Source: Eledone cirrhosa (Eukaryota). Taken from it: DNA of 64,000 nt. Shown here one piece after another: positions 47,501 through 64,000 of this stretch. Below the pieces are notes generated by a model. That model was given only the letters and a program-made list of their open reading frames with translations. It searched no databases and was not told the origin of the DNA. The stretch is taken from contig OZ024740.1 in the NCBI GenBank assembly GCA_964016885.1, positions 41,478,001 through 41,542,000 of the forward strand. Reading direction: 5' to 3'. A program made the translations under genes and the position numbers. Every line of letters begins with the position of its first letter. The first letter of the stretch is position 1.

Positions 47501-50500
47501 TCATATATAACTCCATGTTTTAGATATAACTCCATGTTTCATATATAACTCTATGTTTCAGATATAACTCCATCTTTCAGATATAACTCCATGTTTCACA
47601 TATAACTCCATGATTTTGATATAACTCCATCTTTCAGATATAACTCCCTGTTTCAGATATAACTCCCTGTTTCAGATATAACTCCTCTTTCAGACATAAC
47701 TCCATGTTTCAGATATATCTCCAACTTTCAGATATAACTCCATGTTTCAGATATAACTCCATATTTTAGATATAACTCCATGTTTCAGATATAACTCCAT
47801 GTTTTAAGATATAACTCCATGTTTCAGATACAACTCCATGTTTCAGATATAACTCCATCTTTCAGATATAACTCAACCTTACAGATATAACTCCATCTTT
47901 CAGATATAACTCCCTCTTTCAGATATAACACCATGTTTCAGATATAACTCCCTGTTTCAGATATAACTCCATGTTTCAGATATAACTCCATCTTTCAGAT
48001 ATAACTCCATCTTTCAGATATAACTCCATCTTTCAGATATAACTCCATCTTTCAGATATAACTCCATCTTTCAGATATAACTCCATGTTTTAAGATATAA
48101 CTCCATGTTTCAGATACAACTCCATGTTTCAGATATAACTCCATCTTTCAGATATAACTCCATGTTTCAGATATAACTCCATCTTTCAGATATAACTCCC
48201 TGTTTCAGATATAACACCATGTTTCAGATATAACTCCCTGTTTCAGATATAACTCCATGTTTCAGATATAACTCCATCTTTCAGATATAACTCCATCTTT
48301 CTGATATAACTCCCTGTTTCAGATATAACTCCATGTTTCAGATATAACTCCATGTTTCAGATATAACTCCATCTTTCAGACATAACTCCCTGTTTCAGAT
48401 ATAACTCCATCTTTCAGATATAACTCTATCTTTCAGATATAACTCCATGTTTTCAGATATAACGCCATGTTTCAGATATAACTCCATGTTTCAGATATAA
48501 CTCGATGTTTTCAGATATAACTCCATATTTCAGATATAACTCCATCTTTCATATATAACTCCCTGTTTCAGATATAACTCCATGTTTCAGATATAACTCC
48601 ATGTTTCAGACATAACTCCATGTTTCAGATATATCTCCATCTTTCAGATATAACTCCATGTTTCAGATATAACTCCATATTCTAGACATAACTCCATGTT
48701 TCAGATATAACTCCATGTTTCAGATATAACTCCATCTTTCAGATATAACTCCATGTTTTCAGATATAACTCCATGTTTCAGATACAACTCCATGTTTCAG
48801 ATATAACTCCATATTTCAGATATAACTCAACCTTTCAGATATAACTCCATATTTCAGATATAACTCCATCTTTCATATATATCTCCATGTTTCAGATATA
48901 ACTCCATGTTCCAGATATAACTCCCTGTTTCAGATATAACTCCATGTAACAGATATAACTCCATGTTTCAGATATAACTCCATCTTTCAGATATAACTCC
49001 ATGTTTCAGATACAACTCCATGTTTCAGATATAACTCCATCTTTCAGATATAACTCCATGTTTCAGATATAACTCCATCTTTCAGATATAACTCCCTGTT
49101 TCAGATATAACACCATGTTTCAGATATAACTACCTGTTTCAGATATAACTCCATGTTTCAGATATAACTCCATCTTTCAGATATAACTCCATCTTTCAGA
49201 TATAACTCCATCTTTCAGATATAACTCCATGTTTCAGATATAACTCCATCTTTCTGATATAACTCCCTGTTTCAGATATAACTCCATGTTTCAGATATAA
49301 CTCCATGTTTCAGATATAACTCCATCTTTCAGATATAACTCCCTGTTTCAGATATAACTACATCTTTCAGATATAACTCTATCTTTCAGATATAACTCCA
49401 TGTTTTCAGATATAACTCCATATTTCAGATATAACCCCATCTTTCATATATAACTCCCTGTTTCAGATATAACTCCATGTTTCAGATATAACTCCATGTT
49501 TCAGACATAACTCCATGTTTCAGATATATCTCCATCTTTCAGATATAACTCCATGTTTCAGATATAACTCCATATTCTAGACATAACTCCATGTTTCAGA
49601 TATAACTCCATGTTTCAGATATAACTCCATCTTTCAGATATAACTTCTTGTTTTCAGATATAACTCCATGTTTCAGATACAACTCCATGTTTCAGATATA
49701 ACTCCATATTTCAGATATAACTCAACCTTTCAGATATAACTCCATATTTTAGATATAACTCCATCTTTCATATATAACTCCATGTTTCAGATATAACTCC
49801 ATGTTTCAGATATAACTCCCTGTTTCAGATATAACTCCATGTATCAGATATAACTCCATGTTTCAGATATAACTCCATGTTTCAGATATAACTCCATCTT
49901 TCAGATATAACTCCATATTCTAGATATAACTCCATGTTTCAGATATAACACCATTTTTCAGATATAACTCCATCTTTCAGATATAACTCCATGTTTTCAG
50001 ATATAACTCCATGTTTCAGATACAACTCCATGTTTCAGATATAACTCCATCTTTCAGATATAACTCAACCTTTCAGATATAACTCCATATTTCAGATATA
50101 ACTCCATCTTTCATATATAACTCCATGTTTCAGATATAACTCCATGTTTCAGATATAACTCCCTGTTTCAGATATAACTCCATGTAACAGATATAACTCC
50201 ATGTTTCAGATATAACTCCATCTTTCAGATATAACTCCATGTTTCAGATATAACTCCATGTTTCAGATATAACTCCATGTTTCAGATATAACTCCATGTT
50301 TCAATTATAACTCCATGTTTGAGATATAACTCCATGTATCAGATATAACTCCATCTTTCAGATAAAACTCCATGTTTCAGATATAACTCCATGTTTCAGA
50401 TATAACTCCATGTTTCAGATATAACTCCATATTTCAGATATAACTCCATCTTTCATATATAACTCCATGTTTCAGATATAACTCCATCTTTCAGATATAA

Positions 50501-53500
50501 CTCCATGTTTCAGATATAACTCCATGTTTCAGATATAACTCCATCTTTCAGATATAACTCCATCTTTCAGATATAACTCCATGTTTCAGATATAACTCCA
50601 TCTTTCAGATATAACTCCATGTTTCAGATACAACTCCATGTTTCAGATATAACTCCATCTTTCAGATATAACACCATCTTTCAGATATAAGTCAACCTTT
50701 CAGATATAACTCCATCTTTCAGATATAACTCCATCTTTCAGATATAACTCCATCTTTCAGATCTAACTCCCTGTTTCAGATATAACTCCATGTTCCAGAT
50801 ATAACTCCCTGTTTCAGATATAACTCCATGTTTCAGATATAACTCCATGTTTCAGATATAACTCCATCTTTCAGATATAACTCCATGTTTCAGATATAAC
50901 TCCATCTTTCAGATATAACTCCCTGTTTCAGATATAACTCCATGTTTCAGATATAACTCCATGTTTCAGATATAACTCCATCTTTCAGATATAACTCCCT
51001 GTCTCAGATATAACTCCATGTTTCATATACAACTCCATGTTTCAGATATAACTCCATGTTTCAGATATAACTCAACCTTTCAGATATAACTCCATCTTTC
51101 AGATATAACTCCATCTTTCAGATATAACTCCATCTTTCAGATATAACTCCCTGTTTCAGATATAACTCCATGTTTCAGATATAACTCCCTGTTTCAGATA
51201 TAACTCCATGTTTCAGATATAACTCCATGTTTCAGATATAACTCCATCTTTCAGATATAACTCCATGTTTCAGATATAACTCCATCTTTCAGATATAACT
51301 CCCTATTTCAGATATAACTCCATGTTTCAGATATAACTCCATGTTTCAGATATAACTCCATCTTTCAGATATAACTCCATGTTTTCAGATATAACTCCAT
51401 GTTTCAGATATAACTCCATGTTTCAGATATAACTCCATGTTTTCAGATATAACTCCATATTTCAGATATAACTCCATCTTTCATATATAACTCCCTGTTT
51501 CAGATATAACTCCCTGTTTCAGATATAACTCCATGTTTCAGACATAACTCCATGTTTCAGATATATCTCCATCTTTCAGATATAACTCCATGTTTCAGAT
51601 ATAACTACATATTTTAGATATAACTCCATGTTTCAGATATAACTCCATCTTTCAGATATAACTCCATGTTTTCAGATATAACTCCATGTTTCAGATAGAA
51701 CTCCATGTTTCAGATATAACTCCATCTTTCAGATATAACTCAACCTTTCAGATATAACTCCATGTTTCAAATATAACTCCATGTTTCAGATATAACTCCA
51801 TCTTTCAGATATAACTCAATGTTTCAGATATAACTCCAATTTTGAGATATAACTCCATGTTTCATATATAACTCCATGTTTTAGATATAACTCCATGTTT
51901 CATATATAACTCTATGTTTCAGATATAACTCCATCTTTCAGATATAACTCCATGTTTCACATATAACTCCATGATTTTGATATAACTCCATCTTTCAGAT
52001 ATAACTCCCTGTTTCAGATATAACTCCCTGTTTCAGATATAACTCCTCTTTCAGACATAACTCCATGTTTCAGATATATCTCCAACTTTCAGATATAACT
52101 CCATGTTTCAGATATAACTCCATATTTTAGATATAACTCCATGTTTCAGATATAACTCCATGTTTTAAGATATAACTCCATGTTTCAGATACAACTCCAT
52201 GTTTCAGATATAACTCCATCTTTCAGATATAACTCAACCTTACAGATATAACTCCATCTTTCAGATATAACTCCCTCTTTCAGATATAACACCATGTTTC
52301 AGATATAACTCCCTGTTTCAGATATAACTCCATGTTTCAGATATAACTCCATCTTTCAGATATAACTCCATCTTTCAGATATAACTCCATCTTTCAGATA
52401 TAACTCCATCTTTCAGATATAACTCCATCTTTCAGATATAACTCCATGTTTTAAGATATAACTCCATGTTTCAGATACAACTCCATGTTTCAGATATAAC
52501 TCCATCTTTCAGATATAACTCCATGTTTCAGATATAACTCCATCTTTCAGATATAACTCCCTGTTTCAGATATAACACCATGTTTCAGATATAACTCCCT
52601 GTTTCAGATATAACTCCATGTTTCAGATATAACTCCATCTTTCAGATATAACTCCATCTTTCTGATATAACTCCCTGTTTCAGATATAACTCCATGTTTC
52701 AGATATAACTCCATGTTTCAGATATAACTCCATCTTTCAGACATAACTCCCTGTTTCAGATATAACTCCATCTTTCAGATATAACTCTATCTTTCAGATA
52801 TAACTCCATGTTTTCAGATATAACGCCATGTTTCAGATATAACTCCATGTTTCAGATATAACTCGATGTTTTCAGATATAACTCCATATTTCAGATATAA
52901 CTCCATCTTTCATATATAACTCCCTGTTTCAGATATAACTCCATGTTTCAGATATAACTCCATGTTTCAGACATAACTCCATGTTTCAGATATATCTCCA
53001 TCTTTCAGATATAACTCCATGTTTCAGATATAACTCCATATTCTAGACATAACTCCATGTTTCAGATATAACTCCATGTTTCAGATATAACTCCATCTTT
53101 CAGATATAACTCCATGTTTTCAGATATAACTCCATGTTTCAGATACAACTCCATGTATCAGATATAACTCCATATTTCAGATATAACTCAACCTTTCAGA
53201 TATAACTCCATATTTCAGATATAACTCCATCTTTCATATATATCTCCATGTTTCAGATATAACTCCATGTTCCAGATATAACTCCCTGTTTCAGATATAA
53301 CTCCATGTAACAGATATAACTCCATGTTTCAGATATAACTCCATCTTTCAGATATAACTCCATGTTTCAGATATAACTCCATGTTTCAGTTATAACTCCA
53401 TGTTTGAGATATAACTCCATGTTTCAGATATAACTCCATCTTTCAGATATAACTCCATGTTTCAGATATAACTCCATGTTTCAGATATAACTCCATCTTT

Positions 53501-56500
53501 CAGATATAACTCCATGTTTCAGATATAACTCCATGTTTCAGATATAACCCCATCTTTCAGATAACTCCCTGTTTTAGATATAACTCCATATTTCAGATAT
53601 TACTCCATGTTTCAGATATAACTCCATCTTTCAGATATAACTCCATCTTTCAGATATAACTCCATGTTTCAGAGATAACTCCATCTTTCAGATATAACTC
53701 CATGTTTCAGATACAACTCCATGTTTCAGATATAACTCCATCTTTCAGATATAACTCAACCTTTCAGATATAACTCCATCTTTCAGATATAACTCCCTCT
53801 TTCAGATATAACTCTATCTTTCAGATATAACTCCCTGTTTCAGATATATCTCCATGTTTCAGATATAACTCCATCTTTCCGACATAACTCCATCTTTCAG
53901 ATATAACTCCATGTTTCAGATATAACTCCATCTTTCAGATATAACTCTATCTTTCAGATATAACTCCATGTTTTCAGATATAACTCCATATTTCAGATAT
54001 AACTCCATGTTTCAGATATAACTCCATGTTTTCAGATATAACTCCATATTTCAGATATAACTCCATCTTTCATATATAACTCCCTGTTTCAGATATAACT
54101 CCATCTTTCATATATAACTCCCTGTTTCAGATATAACTCCATGTTTCAGATATAACTCCATGTTTCAGACACAACTCCATGTTTCAGATATATCTCCATC
54201 TTTCAGATATAACTCCATGTTTCAGATATAACTCCATGTTTCAGATATAACTCCATGTTTTCAGATATAACTCCATATTTCAGATATAACTCCATCTTTC
54301 ATATATAACTCCCTGTTTCAGATATAACTCCCTGTTTCAGATATAACTCCATGTTTCAGATAGAACTCCATGTTTCAGATATAAGTCCATCTTTCAGATA
54401 TAACTCAACCTTTCAGATATAACTCCATGTTTCAAATATAACTCCATGTTTCAGATATAACTCCATCTTTCAGATATAACTCAATGTTTCAGATATAACT
54501 CCAATTTTGAGATATAACTCCATGTTTCATATATAACTCCATGTTTTAGATATAACTCCATGTTTCATATATAACTCTATGTTTCAGATATAACTCCATC
54601 TTTCAGATATAACTCCATGTTTCACATATAACTCCATGATTTTGATATAACTCCATCTTTCAGATATAACTCCCTGTTTCAGATATAACTCCCTGTTTCA
54701 GATATAACTCCATCTTTCAGACATAACTCCATGTTTCAGATATATCTCCAACTTTCAGATATAACTCCATGTTTCAGATATAACTCCATATTTTAGATAT
54801 AACTCCATGTTTCAGATATAACTCCATGTTTCAGATATAACTCCATGTTTTAAGATATAACTCCATGTTTCAGATACAACTCCATGTTTCAGATATAACT
54901 CCATCTTTCAGATATAACTCAACCTTACAGATATAACTCCATCTTTCAGATATAACTCCCTGTTTCAGATATAACACCATGTTTCAGATATAACTCCCTG
55001 TTTCAGATATAACTCCATGTTTCAGATATAACTCCATCTTTCAGATATAACTCCATCTTTCAGATATAACTCCATCTTTCAGATATAACTCCATCTTTCA
55101 GATATAACTCCCTATTTCAGATATAACTCCATGTTTCAGATATAACTCCATGTTTCAGATATAACTCCATCTTTCAGATATAACTCCATGTTTTCAGATA
55201 TAACTCCATGTTTCAGATATAACTCCATGTTTCAGATATAACTCCATGTTTTCAGATATAACTCCATATTTCAGATATAACTCCATCTTTCATATATAAC
55301 TCCCTGTTTCAGATATAACTCCCTGTTTCAGATATAACTCCATGTTTCAGACATAACTCCATGTTTCAGATATATCTCCATCTTTCAGATATAACTCCAT
55401 GTTTCAGATATAACTACATATTTTAGATATAACTCCATGTTTCAGATATAACTCCATCTTTCAGATATAACTCCATGTTTTCAGATATAACTCCATGTTT
55501 CAGATAGAACGCCATGTTTCAGATATAACTCCATCTTTCAGATATAACTCAACCTTTCAGATATAACTCCATGTTTCAAATATAACTCCATGTTTCAGAT
55601 ATAACTCCATCTTTCAGATATAACTCAATGTTTCAGATATAACTCCAATTTTGAGATATAACTCCATGTTTCATATATAACTCCATGTTTTAGATATAAC
55701 TCCATGTTTCATATATAACTCTATGTTTCAGATATAACTCCATCTTTCAGATATAACTCCATGTTTCACATATAACTCCATGATTTTGATATAACTCCAT
55801 CTTTCAGATATAACTCCCTGTTTCAGATATAACTCCCTGTTTCAGATATAACTCCTCTTTCAGACATAACTCCATGTTTCAGATATATCTCCAACTTTCA
55901 GATATAACTCCATGTTTCAGATATAACTCCATATTTTAGATATAACTCCATGTTTCAGATATAACTCCATGTTTTAAGATATAACTCCATGTTTCAGATA
56001 CAACTCCATGTTTCAGATATAACTCCATCTTTCAGATATAACTCAACCTTACAGATATAACTCCATCTTTCAGATATAACTCCCTCTTTCAGATATAACA
56101 CCATGTTTCAGATATAACTCCCTGTTTCAGATATAACTCCATGTTTCAGATATAACTCCATCTTTCAGATATAACTCCATCTTTCAGATATAACTCCATC
56201 TTTCAGATATAACTCCATCTTTCAGATATAACTCCATCTTTCAGATATAACTCCATGTTTTAAGATATAACTCCATGTTTCAGATACAACTCCATGTTTC
56301 AGATATAACTCCATCTTTCAGATATAACTCCATGTTTCAGATATAACTCCATCTTTCAGATATAACTCCCTGTTTCAGATATAACACCATGTTTCAGATA
56401 TAACTCCCTGTTTCAGATATAACTCCATGTTTCAGATATAACTCCATCTTTCAGATATAACTCCATCTTTCTGATATAACTCCCTGTTTCAGATATAACT

Positions 56501-59500
56501 CCATGTTTCAGATATAACTCCATGTTTCAGATATAACTCCATCTTTCAGACATAACTCCCTGTTTCAGATATAACTCCATCTTTCAGATATAACTCTATC
56601 TTTCAGATATAACTCCATGTTTTCAGATATAACGCCATGTTTCAGATATAACTCCATGTTTCAGATATAACTCGATGTTTTCAGATATAACTCCATATTT
56701 CAGATATAACTCCATCTTTCATATATAACTCCCTGTTTCAGATATAACTCCATGTTTCAGATATAACTCCATGTTTCAGACATAACTCCATGTTTCAGAT
56801 ATATCTCCATCTTTCAGATATAACTCCATGTTTCAGATATAACTCCATATTCTAGACATAACTCCATGTTTCAGATATAACTCCATATTTCAGATATAAC
56901 TCCATCTTTCAGATATAACTCCATGTTTTCAGATATAACTCCATGTTTCAGATACAACTCCATGTTTCAGATATAACTCCATATTTCAGATATAACTCAA
57001 CCTTTCAGATATAACTCCATATTTCAGATATAACTCCATCTTTCATATATATCTCCATGTTTCAGATATAACTCCATGTTCCAGATATAACTCCCTGTTT
57101 CAGATATAACTCCATGTAACAGATATAACTCCATGTTTCAGATATAACTCCATCTTTCAGATATAACTCCATGTTTCAGATATAACTCCATGTTTCAGTT
57201 ATAACTCCATGTTTGAGATATAACTCCATGTTTCAGATATAACTCCATCTTTCAGATATAACTCCATGTTTCAGATATAACTCCATGTTTCAGATATAAC
57301 TCCATCTTTCAGATATAACTCCATGTTTCAGATATAACTCCATGTTTCAGATATAACCCCATCTTTCAGATAACTCCCTCTTTTAGATATAACTCCATAT
57401 TTCAGATATTACTCCATGTTTCAGATATAACTCCATCTTTCAGATATAACTCCATCTTTCAGATATAACTCCATGTTTCAGAGATAACTCCATCTTTCAG
57501 ATATAACTCCATGTTTCAGATACAACTCCATGTTTCAGATATAACTCCATCTTTCAGATATAACTCAACCTTTCAGATATAACTCCATCTTTCAGATATA
57601 ACTCCCTCTTTCAGATATAACTCTATCTTTCAGATATAACTCCCTGTTTCAGATATATCTCCATGTTTCAGATATAACTCCATCTTTCCGACATAACTCC
57701 ATCTTTCAGATATAACTCCATGTGTCAGATATAACTCCATCTTTCAGATATAACTCTATCTTTCAGATATAACTCCATGTTTTCAGATATAACTCCATAT
57801 TTCAGATATAACTCCATGTTTCAGATATAACTCCATGTTTTCAGATATAACTCCATATTTCAGATATAACTCCATCTTTCATATATAACTCCCTGTTTCA
57901 GATATAACTCCATCTTTCATATATAACTCCCTGTTTCAGATATAACTCCATGTTTCAGATATAACTCCATGTTTCAGACACAACTCCATGTTTCAGATAT
58001 ATCTCCATCTTTCAGATATAACTCCATGTTTCAGATATAACTCCATGTTTCAGATATAACTCCATGTTTTCAGATATAACTCCATATTTCAGATATAACT
58101 CCATCTTTCATATATAACTCCCTGTTTCAGATATAACTCCCTGTTTCAGATATAACTCCATGTTTCAGATAGAACTCCATGTTTCAGATATAAGTCCATC
58201 TTTCAGATATAACTCAACCTTTCAGATATAACTCCATGTTTCAAATATAACTCCATGTTTCAGATATAACTCCATCTTTCAGATATAACTCAATGTTTCA
58301 GATATAACTCCAATTTTGAGATATAACTCCATGTTTCATATATAACTCCATGTTTTAGATATAACTCCATGTTTCATATATAACTCTATGTTTCAGATAT
58401 AACTCCATCTTTCAGATATAACTCCATGTTTCACATATAACTCCATGATTTTGATATAACTCCATCTTTCAGATATAACTCCCTGTTTCAGATATAACTC
58501 CCTGTTTCAGATATAACTCCATCTTTCAGACATAACTCCATGTTTCAGATATATCTCCAACTTTCAGATATAACTCCATGTTTCAGATATAACTCCATGT
58601 TTCAGATATAACTCCATGTTTTAAGATATAACTCCATGTTTCAGATACAACTCCATGTTTCAGATATAACTCCATCTTTCAGATATAACTCAACCTTACA
58701 GATATAACTCCATCTTTCAGATATAACTCCCTGTTTCAGATATAACACCATGTTTCAGATATAACTCCCTGTTTCAGATATAACTCCATGTTTCAGATAT
58801 AACTCCATCTTTCAGATATAACTCCATCTTTCAGATATAACTCCATCTTTCAGATATAACTCCATCTTTCAGATATAACTCCATCTTTCAGATATAACTC
58901 CATGTTTTAAGATATAACTCCATGTTTCAGATACAACTCCATGTTTCAGATATAACTCCATCTTTCAGATATAACTCCATGTTTCAGATATAACTCCATC
59001 TTTCAGATATAACTCCCTGTTTCAGATATAACACCATGTTTCAGATATAACTCCCTGTTTCAGATATAACTCCATGTTTCAGATATAACTCCATCTTTCA
59101 GATATAACTCCATCTTTCTGATATAACTCCCTGTTTCAGATATAACTCCATGTTTCAGATATAACTCCATGTTTCAGATATAACTCCATCTTTCAGACAT
59201 AACTCCCTGTTTCAGATATAACTCCATCTTTCAGATATAACTCTATCTTTCAGATATAACTCCATGTTTTCAGATATAACGCCATTTTTCAGATATAACT
59301 CCATGTTTCAGATATAACTCGATGTTTTCAGATATAACTCCATATTTCAGATATAACTCCATCTTTCATATATAACTCCCTGTTTCAGATATAACTCCAT
59401 GTTTCAGATATAACTCCATGTTTCAGACATAACTCCATGTTTCAGATATATCTCCATCTTTCAGATATAACTCCATGTTTCAGATATAACTCCATATTCT

Positions 59501-62500
59501 AGACATAACTCCATGTTTCAGATATAACTCCATGTTTCAGATATAACTCCATCTTTCAGATATAACTCCATGTTTTCAGATATAACTCCATGTTTCAGAT
59601 ATAACTCCATATTTCAGATATAACTCAACCTTTCAGATATAACTCCATATTTCAGATATAACTCCATCTTTCATATATATCTCCATGTTTCAGATATAAC
59701 TCCATGTTTCAGATATAACTCCCTGTTTCAGATATAACTCCATGTAACAGATATAACTCCATGTTTCAGATATAACTCCATCTTTCAGATATAACTCCAT
59801 GTTTCAGATATAACTCCATGTTTCAGATATAACTCCATGTTTCAGTTATAACTCCATGTTTGAGATATAACTCCATGTTTCAGATATAACTCCATCTTTC
59901 AGATATAACTCCATGTTTCAGATATAACTCCATGTTTCAGATATAACTCCATCTTTCAGATATAACTCCATGTTTCAGATATAACTCCATGTTTCACATA
60001 TAAACCCATCTTTCAGATAACTCCCTGTTTTAGATATAACTCCATATTTCAGATATTACTCCATGTTTCAGATATAACTCCATCTTTCAGATATAACTCC
60101 ATCTTTCAGATATAACTCCATGTTTCAGATATAACTCCATCTTTCAGATATAACTCCATGTTTCAGAGACAACTCCATGTTTCAGATATAACTCCATCTT
60201 TCAGATATAACTCAACCTTTCAGATATAACTCCATCTTTCAGATATAACTCCCTCTTTCAGATATAACTCTATCTTTCAGATATAACTCCCTGTTTCAGA
60301 TATATCTCCATGTTTCAGATATAACTCCATCTTTCCGACATAACTCCATCTTTCAGATATAACTCCATGTTTCAGATATAACTCCATCTTTCAGATATAA
60401 CTCTATCTTTCAGATATAACTCCATGTTTTCAGATATAACTCCATATTTCAGATATAACTCCATGTTTCAGATATAACTCCATGTTTTCAGATATAACTC
60501 CATATTTCAGATATAACTCCATCTTTCATATATAACTCCCTGTTGCAGATATAACTCCATCTTTCATATATAACTCCCTGTTTCAGATATAACTCCATGT
60601 TTCAGATATAACTCCATGTTTCAGACACAACTCCATGTTTCAGATATATCTCCATCTTTCAGATATAACTCCATGTTTCAGATATAACTCCATGTTTTCA
60701 GATATAACTCCATATTTCAGATATAACTCCATCTTTCATATATAACTCCCTGTTTCAGATATAACTCCCTGTTTCAGATATAACTCCATGTTTCAGATAG
60801 AACTCCATGTTTCAGATATAAGTCCATCTTTCAGATATAACTCAACCTTTCAGATATAACTCCATGTTTCAAATATAACTCCATGTTTCAGATATAACTC
60901 CATCTTTCAGATATAACTCAATGTTTCAGATATAACTCCAATTTTGAGATATAACTCCATGTTTCATATATAACTCCATGTTTTAGATATAACTCCATGT
61001 TTCATATATAACTCTATGTTTCAGATATAACTCCATCTTTCAGATATAACTCCATGTTTCACATATAACTCCATGATTTTGATATAACTCCATCTTTCAG
61101 ATATAACTCCCTGTTTCAGATATAACTCCCTGTTTCAGATATAACTCCATCTTTCAGACATAACTCCATGTTTCAGATATATCTCCAACTTTCAGATATA
61201 ACTCCATGTTTCAGATATAACTCCATATTTTAGATATAACTCCATGTTTCAGATATAACTCCATGTTTCAGATATAACTCCATGTTTTAAGATATAACTC
61301 CATGTTTCAGATACAACTCCATGTTTCAGATATAACTCCATCTTTCAGATATAACTCAACCTTACAGATATAACTCCATCTTTCAGATATAACTCCCTGT
61401 TTCAGATATAACACCATGTTTCAGATATAACTCCCTGTTTCAGATATAACTCCATGTTTCAGATATAACTCCATCTTTCAGATATAACTCCATCTTTCAG
61501 ATATAACTCCATCTTTCAGATATAACTCCATCTTTCAGATATAACTCCATCTTTCAGATATAACTCCATGTTTTAAGATATAACTCCATGTTTCAGATAC
61601 AACTCCATGTTTCAGATATAACTCCATCTTTCAGATATAACTCCATGTTTCAGATATAACTCCATCTTTCAGATATAACTCCCTGTTTCAGATATAACAC
61701 CATGTTTCAGATATAACTCCCTGTTTCAGATATAACTCCATGTTTCAGATATAACTCCATCTTTCAGATATAACTCCATCTTTCTGATATAACTCCCTGT
61801 TTCAGATATAACTCCATGTTTCAGATATAACTCCATGTTTCAGATATAACTCCATCTTTCAGACATAACTCCCTGTTTCAGATATAACTCCATCTTTCAG
61901 ATATAACTCTATCTTTCAGATATAACTCCATGTTTCCAGATATAACGCCATGTTTCAGATATAACTCCATGTTTCAGATATAACTCGATGTTTTCAGATA
62001 TAACTCCATATTTCAGATATAACTCCATCTTTCATATATAACTCCCTGTTTCAGATATAACTCCATGTTTCAGATATAACTCCATGTTTCAGACATAACT
62101 CCATGTTTCAGATATATCTCCATCTTTCAGATATAACTCCATGTTTCAGATATAACTCCATATTCTAGACATAACTCCATGTTTCAGATATAACTCCATG
62201 TTTCAGATATAACTCCATCTTTCAGATATAACTCCATGTTTTCAGATATAACTCCATGTTTCAGATATAACTCCATATTTCAGATATAACTCAACCTTTC
62301 AGATATAACTCCATATTTCAGATATAACTCCATCTTTCATATATATCTCCATGTTTCAGATATAACTCCATGTTTCAGATATAACTCCCTGTTTCAGATA
62401 TAACTCCATGTAACAGATATAACTCCATGTTTCAGATATAACTCCATCTTTCAGATATAACTCCATGTTTCAGATATAACTCCATGTTTCAGATATAACT

Positions 62501-64000
62501 CCATGTTTCAGTTATAACTCCATGTTTGAGATATAACTCCATGTTTCAGATATAACTCCATCTTTCAGATATAACTCCATGTTTCAGATATAACTCCATG
62601 TTTCAGATATAACTCCATCTTTCAGATATAACTCTATGTTTCAGATATAACTCCATGTTTCACATATAAACCCATCTTTCAGATAACTCCCTGTTTTAGA
62701 TATAACTCCATATTTCAGATATTACTCCATGTTTCAGATATAACTCCATCTTTCAGATATAACTCCATGTTTCAGAGACAACTCCATGTTTCAGATATAA
62801 CTCCATCTTTCAGATATAACTCAACCTTTCAGATATAACTCCATCTTTCAGATATAACTCCCTCTTTCAGATATAACTCTATCTTTCAGATATAACTCCC
62901 TGTTTCAGATATATCTCCATGTTTCAGATATAACTCCATATTTCCGACATAACTCCATCTTTCAGATATAACTCCATGTTTCAGATATAACTCCATCTTT
63001 CAGATATAACTCTATCTTTCAGATATAACTCCATGTTTTCAGATATAACTCCATATTTCAGATATAACTCCATGTTTCAGATATAACTCCATGTTTTCAG
63101 ATATAACTCCATATTTCAGATATAACTCCATCTTTCATATATAACTCCCTGTTGCAGATATAACTCCATCTTTCATATATAACTCCCTGTTTCAGATATA
63201 ACTCCATGTTTCAGATATAACTCCATGTTTCAGACACAACTCCATGTTTCAGATATATCTCCATCTTTCAGATATAACTCCATGTTTCAGATACAACTCC
63301 ATGTTTTCAGATATAACTCCATATTTCAGATATAACTCCATCTTTCATATATAACTCCCTGTTTCAGATATAACTCCCTGTTTCAGATATAACTCCATGT
63401 TTCAGATAGAACTCCATGTTTCAGATATAAGTCCATCTTTCAGATATAACTCAACCTTTCAGATATAACTCCATGTTTCAAATATAACTCCATGTTTCAG
63501 ATATAACTCCATCTTTCAGATATAACTCAATGTTTCAGATATAACTCCAATTTTGAGATATAACTCCATGTTTCATATATAACTCCATGTTTTAGATATA
63601 ACTCCATGTTTCATATATAACTCTATGTTTCAGATATAACTCCATCTTTCAGATATAACTCCATGTTTCACATATAACTCCATGATTTTGATATAACTCC
63701 ATCTTTCAGATATAACTCCCTGTTTCAGATATAACTCCCTGTTTCAGATATAACTCCATCTTTCAGACATAACTCCATGTTTCAGATATATCTCCAACTT
63801 TCAGATATAACTCCATGTTTCAGATATAACTCCATATTTTAGATATAACTCCATGTTTCAGATATAACTCCATGTTTCAGATATAACTCCATGTTTTAAG
63901 ATATAACTCCATGTTTCAGATACAACTCCATGTTTCAGATATAACTCCATCTTTCAGATATAACTCAACCTTACAGATATAACTCGATCTTTCAGATATA
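38583..64000. repeat. 19-bp satellite array, consensus TTTCAGATATAACTCCAT(G/C), running off the window end
   Basis: Uninterrupted head-to-tail monomers over ~25.4 kb (about 1,330 units by division), with recurrent variant monomers. Confidence 0.99.

Noticed and set aside
38583-64000. CRISPR array or coding repeat
   Set aside because: Monomers are contiguous with no unique spacers, there are no cas genes or long ORFs, and the context is eukaryotic.

Overview
Eukaryotic, gene-free, repeat-dense DNA. The SINE and MITE families resemble those I recall from Octopus genomes (recognition, not a database result). Bases 1-9.0 kb hold two decayed head-to-tail L1/Tx1 LINEs. Bases 9.0-31 kb are a mosaic of Penelope-like element (PLE) fragments, CRE-type fragments, an internally deleted Helitron, tRNA-derived SINEs, a TTAA MITE, several foldback palindromes and many (TA)n tracts. 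Then come about 5 kb of (GGT)n, CT-rich minisatellites, and over 25 kb of a 19-bp satellite with layered higher-order repeats. The most notable signal is a cluster of minimal type I hammerhead ribozymes (HHRs) from several unrelated sequence families: 5 with intact cores, 1 truncated, and several decayed or folded back. It includes a highly self-complementary 469-bp tandem unit with one HHR per monomer (retrozyme/circRNA-like), fused through a 40-bp inversion to a 5'-truncated PLE RT-GIY-YIG ORF. This may record a PLE mobilising a ribozyme-bearing RNA in trans. No host protein-coding gene is supported.
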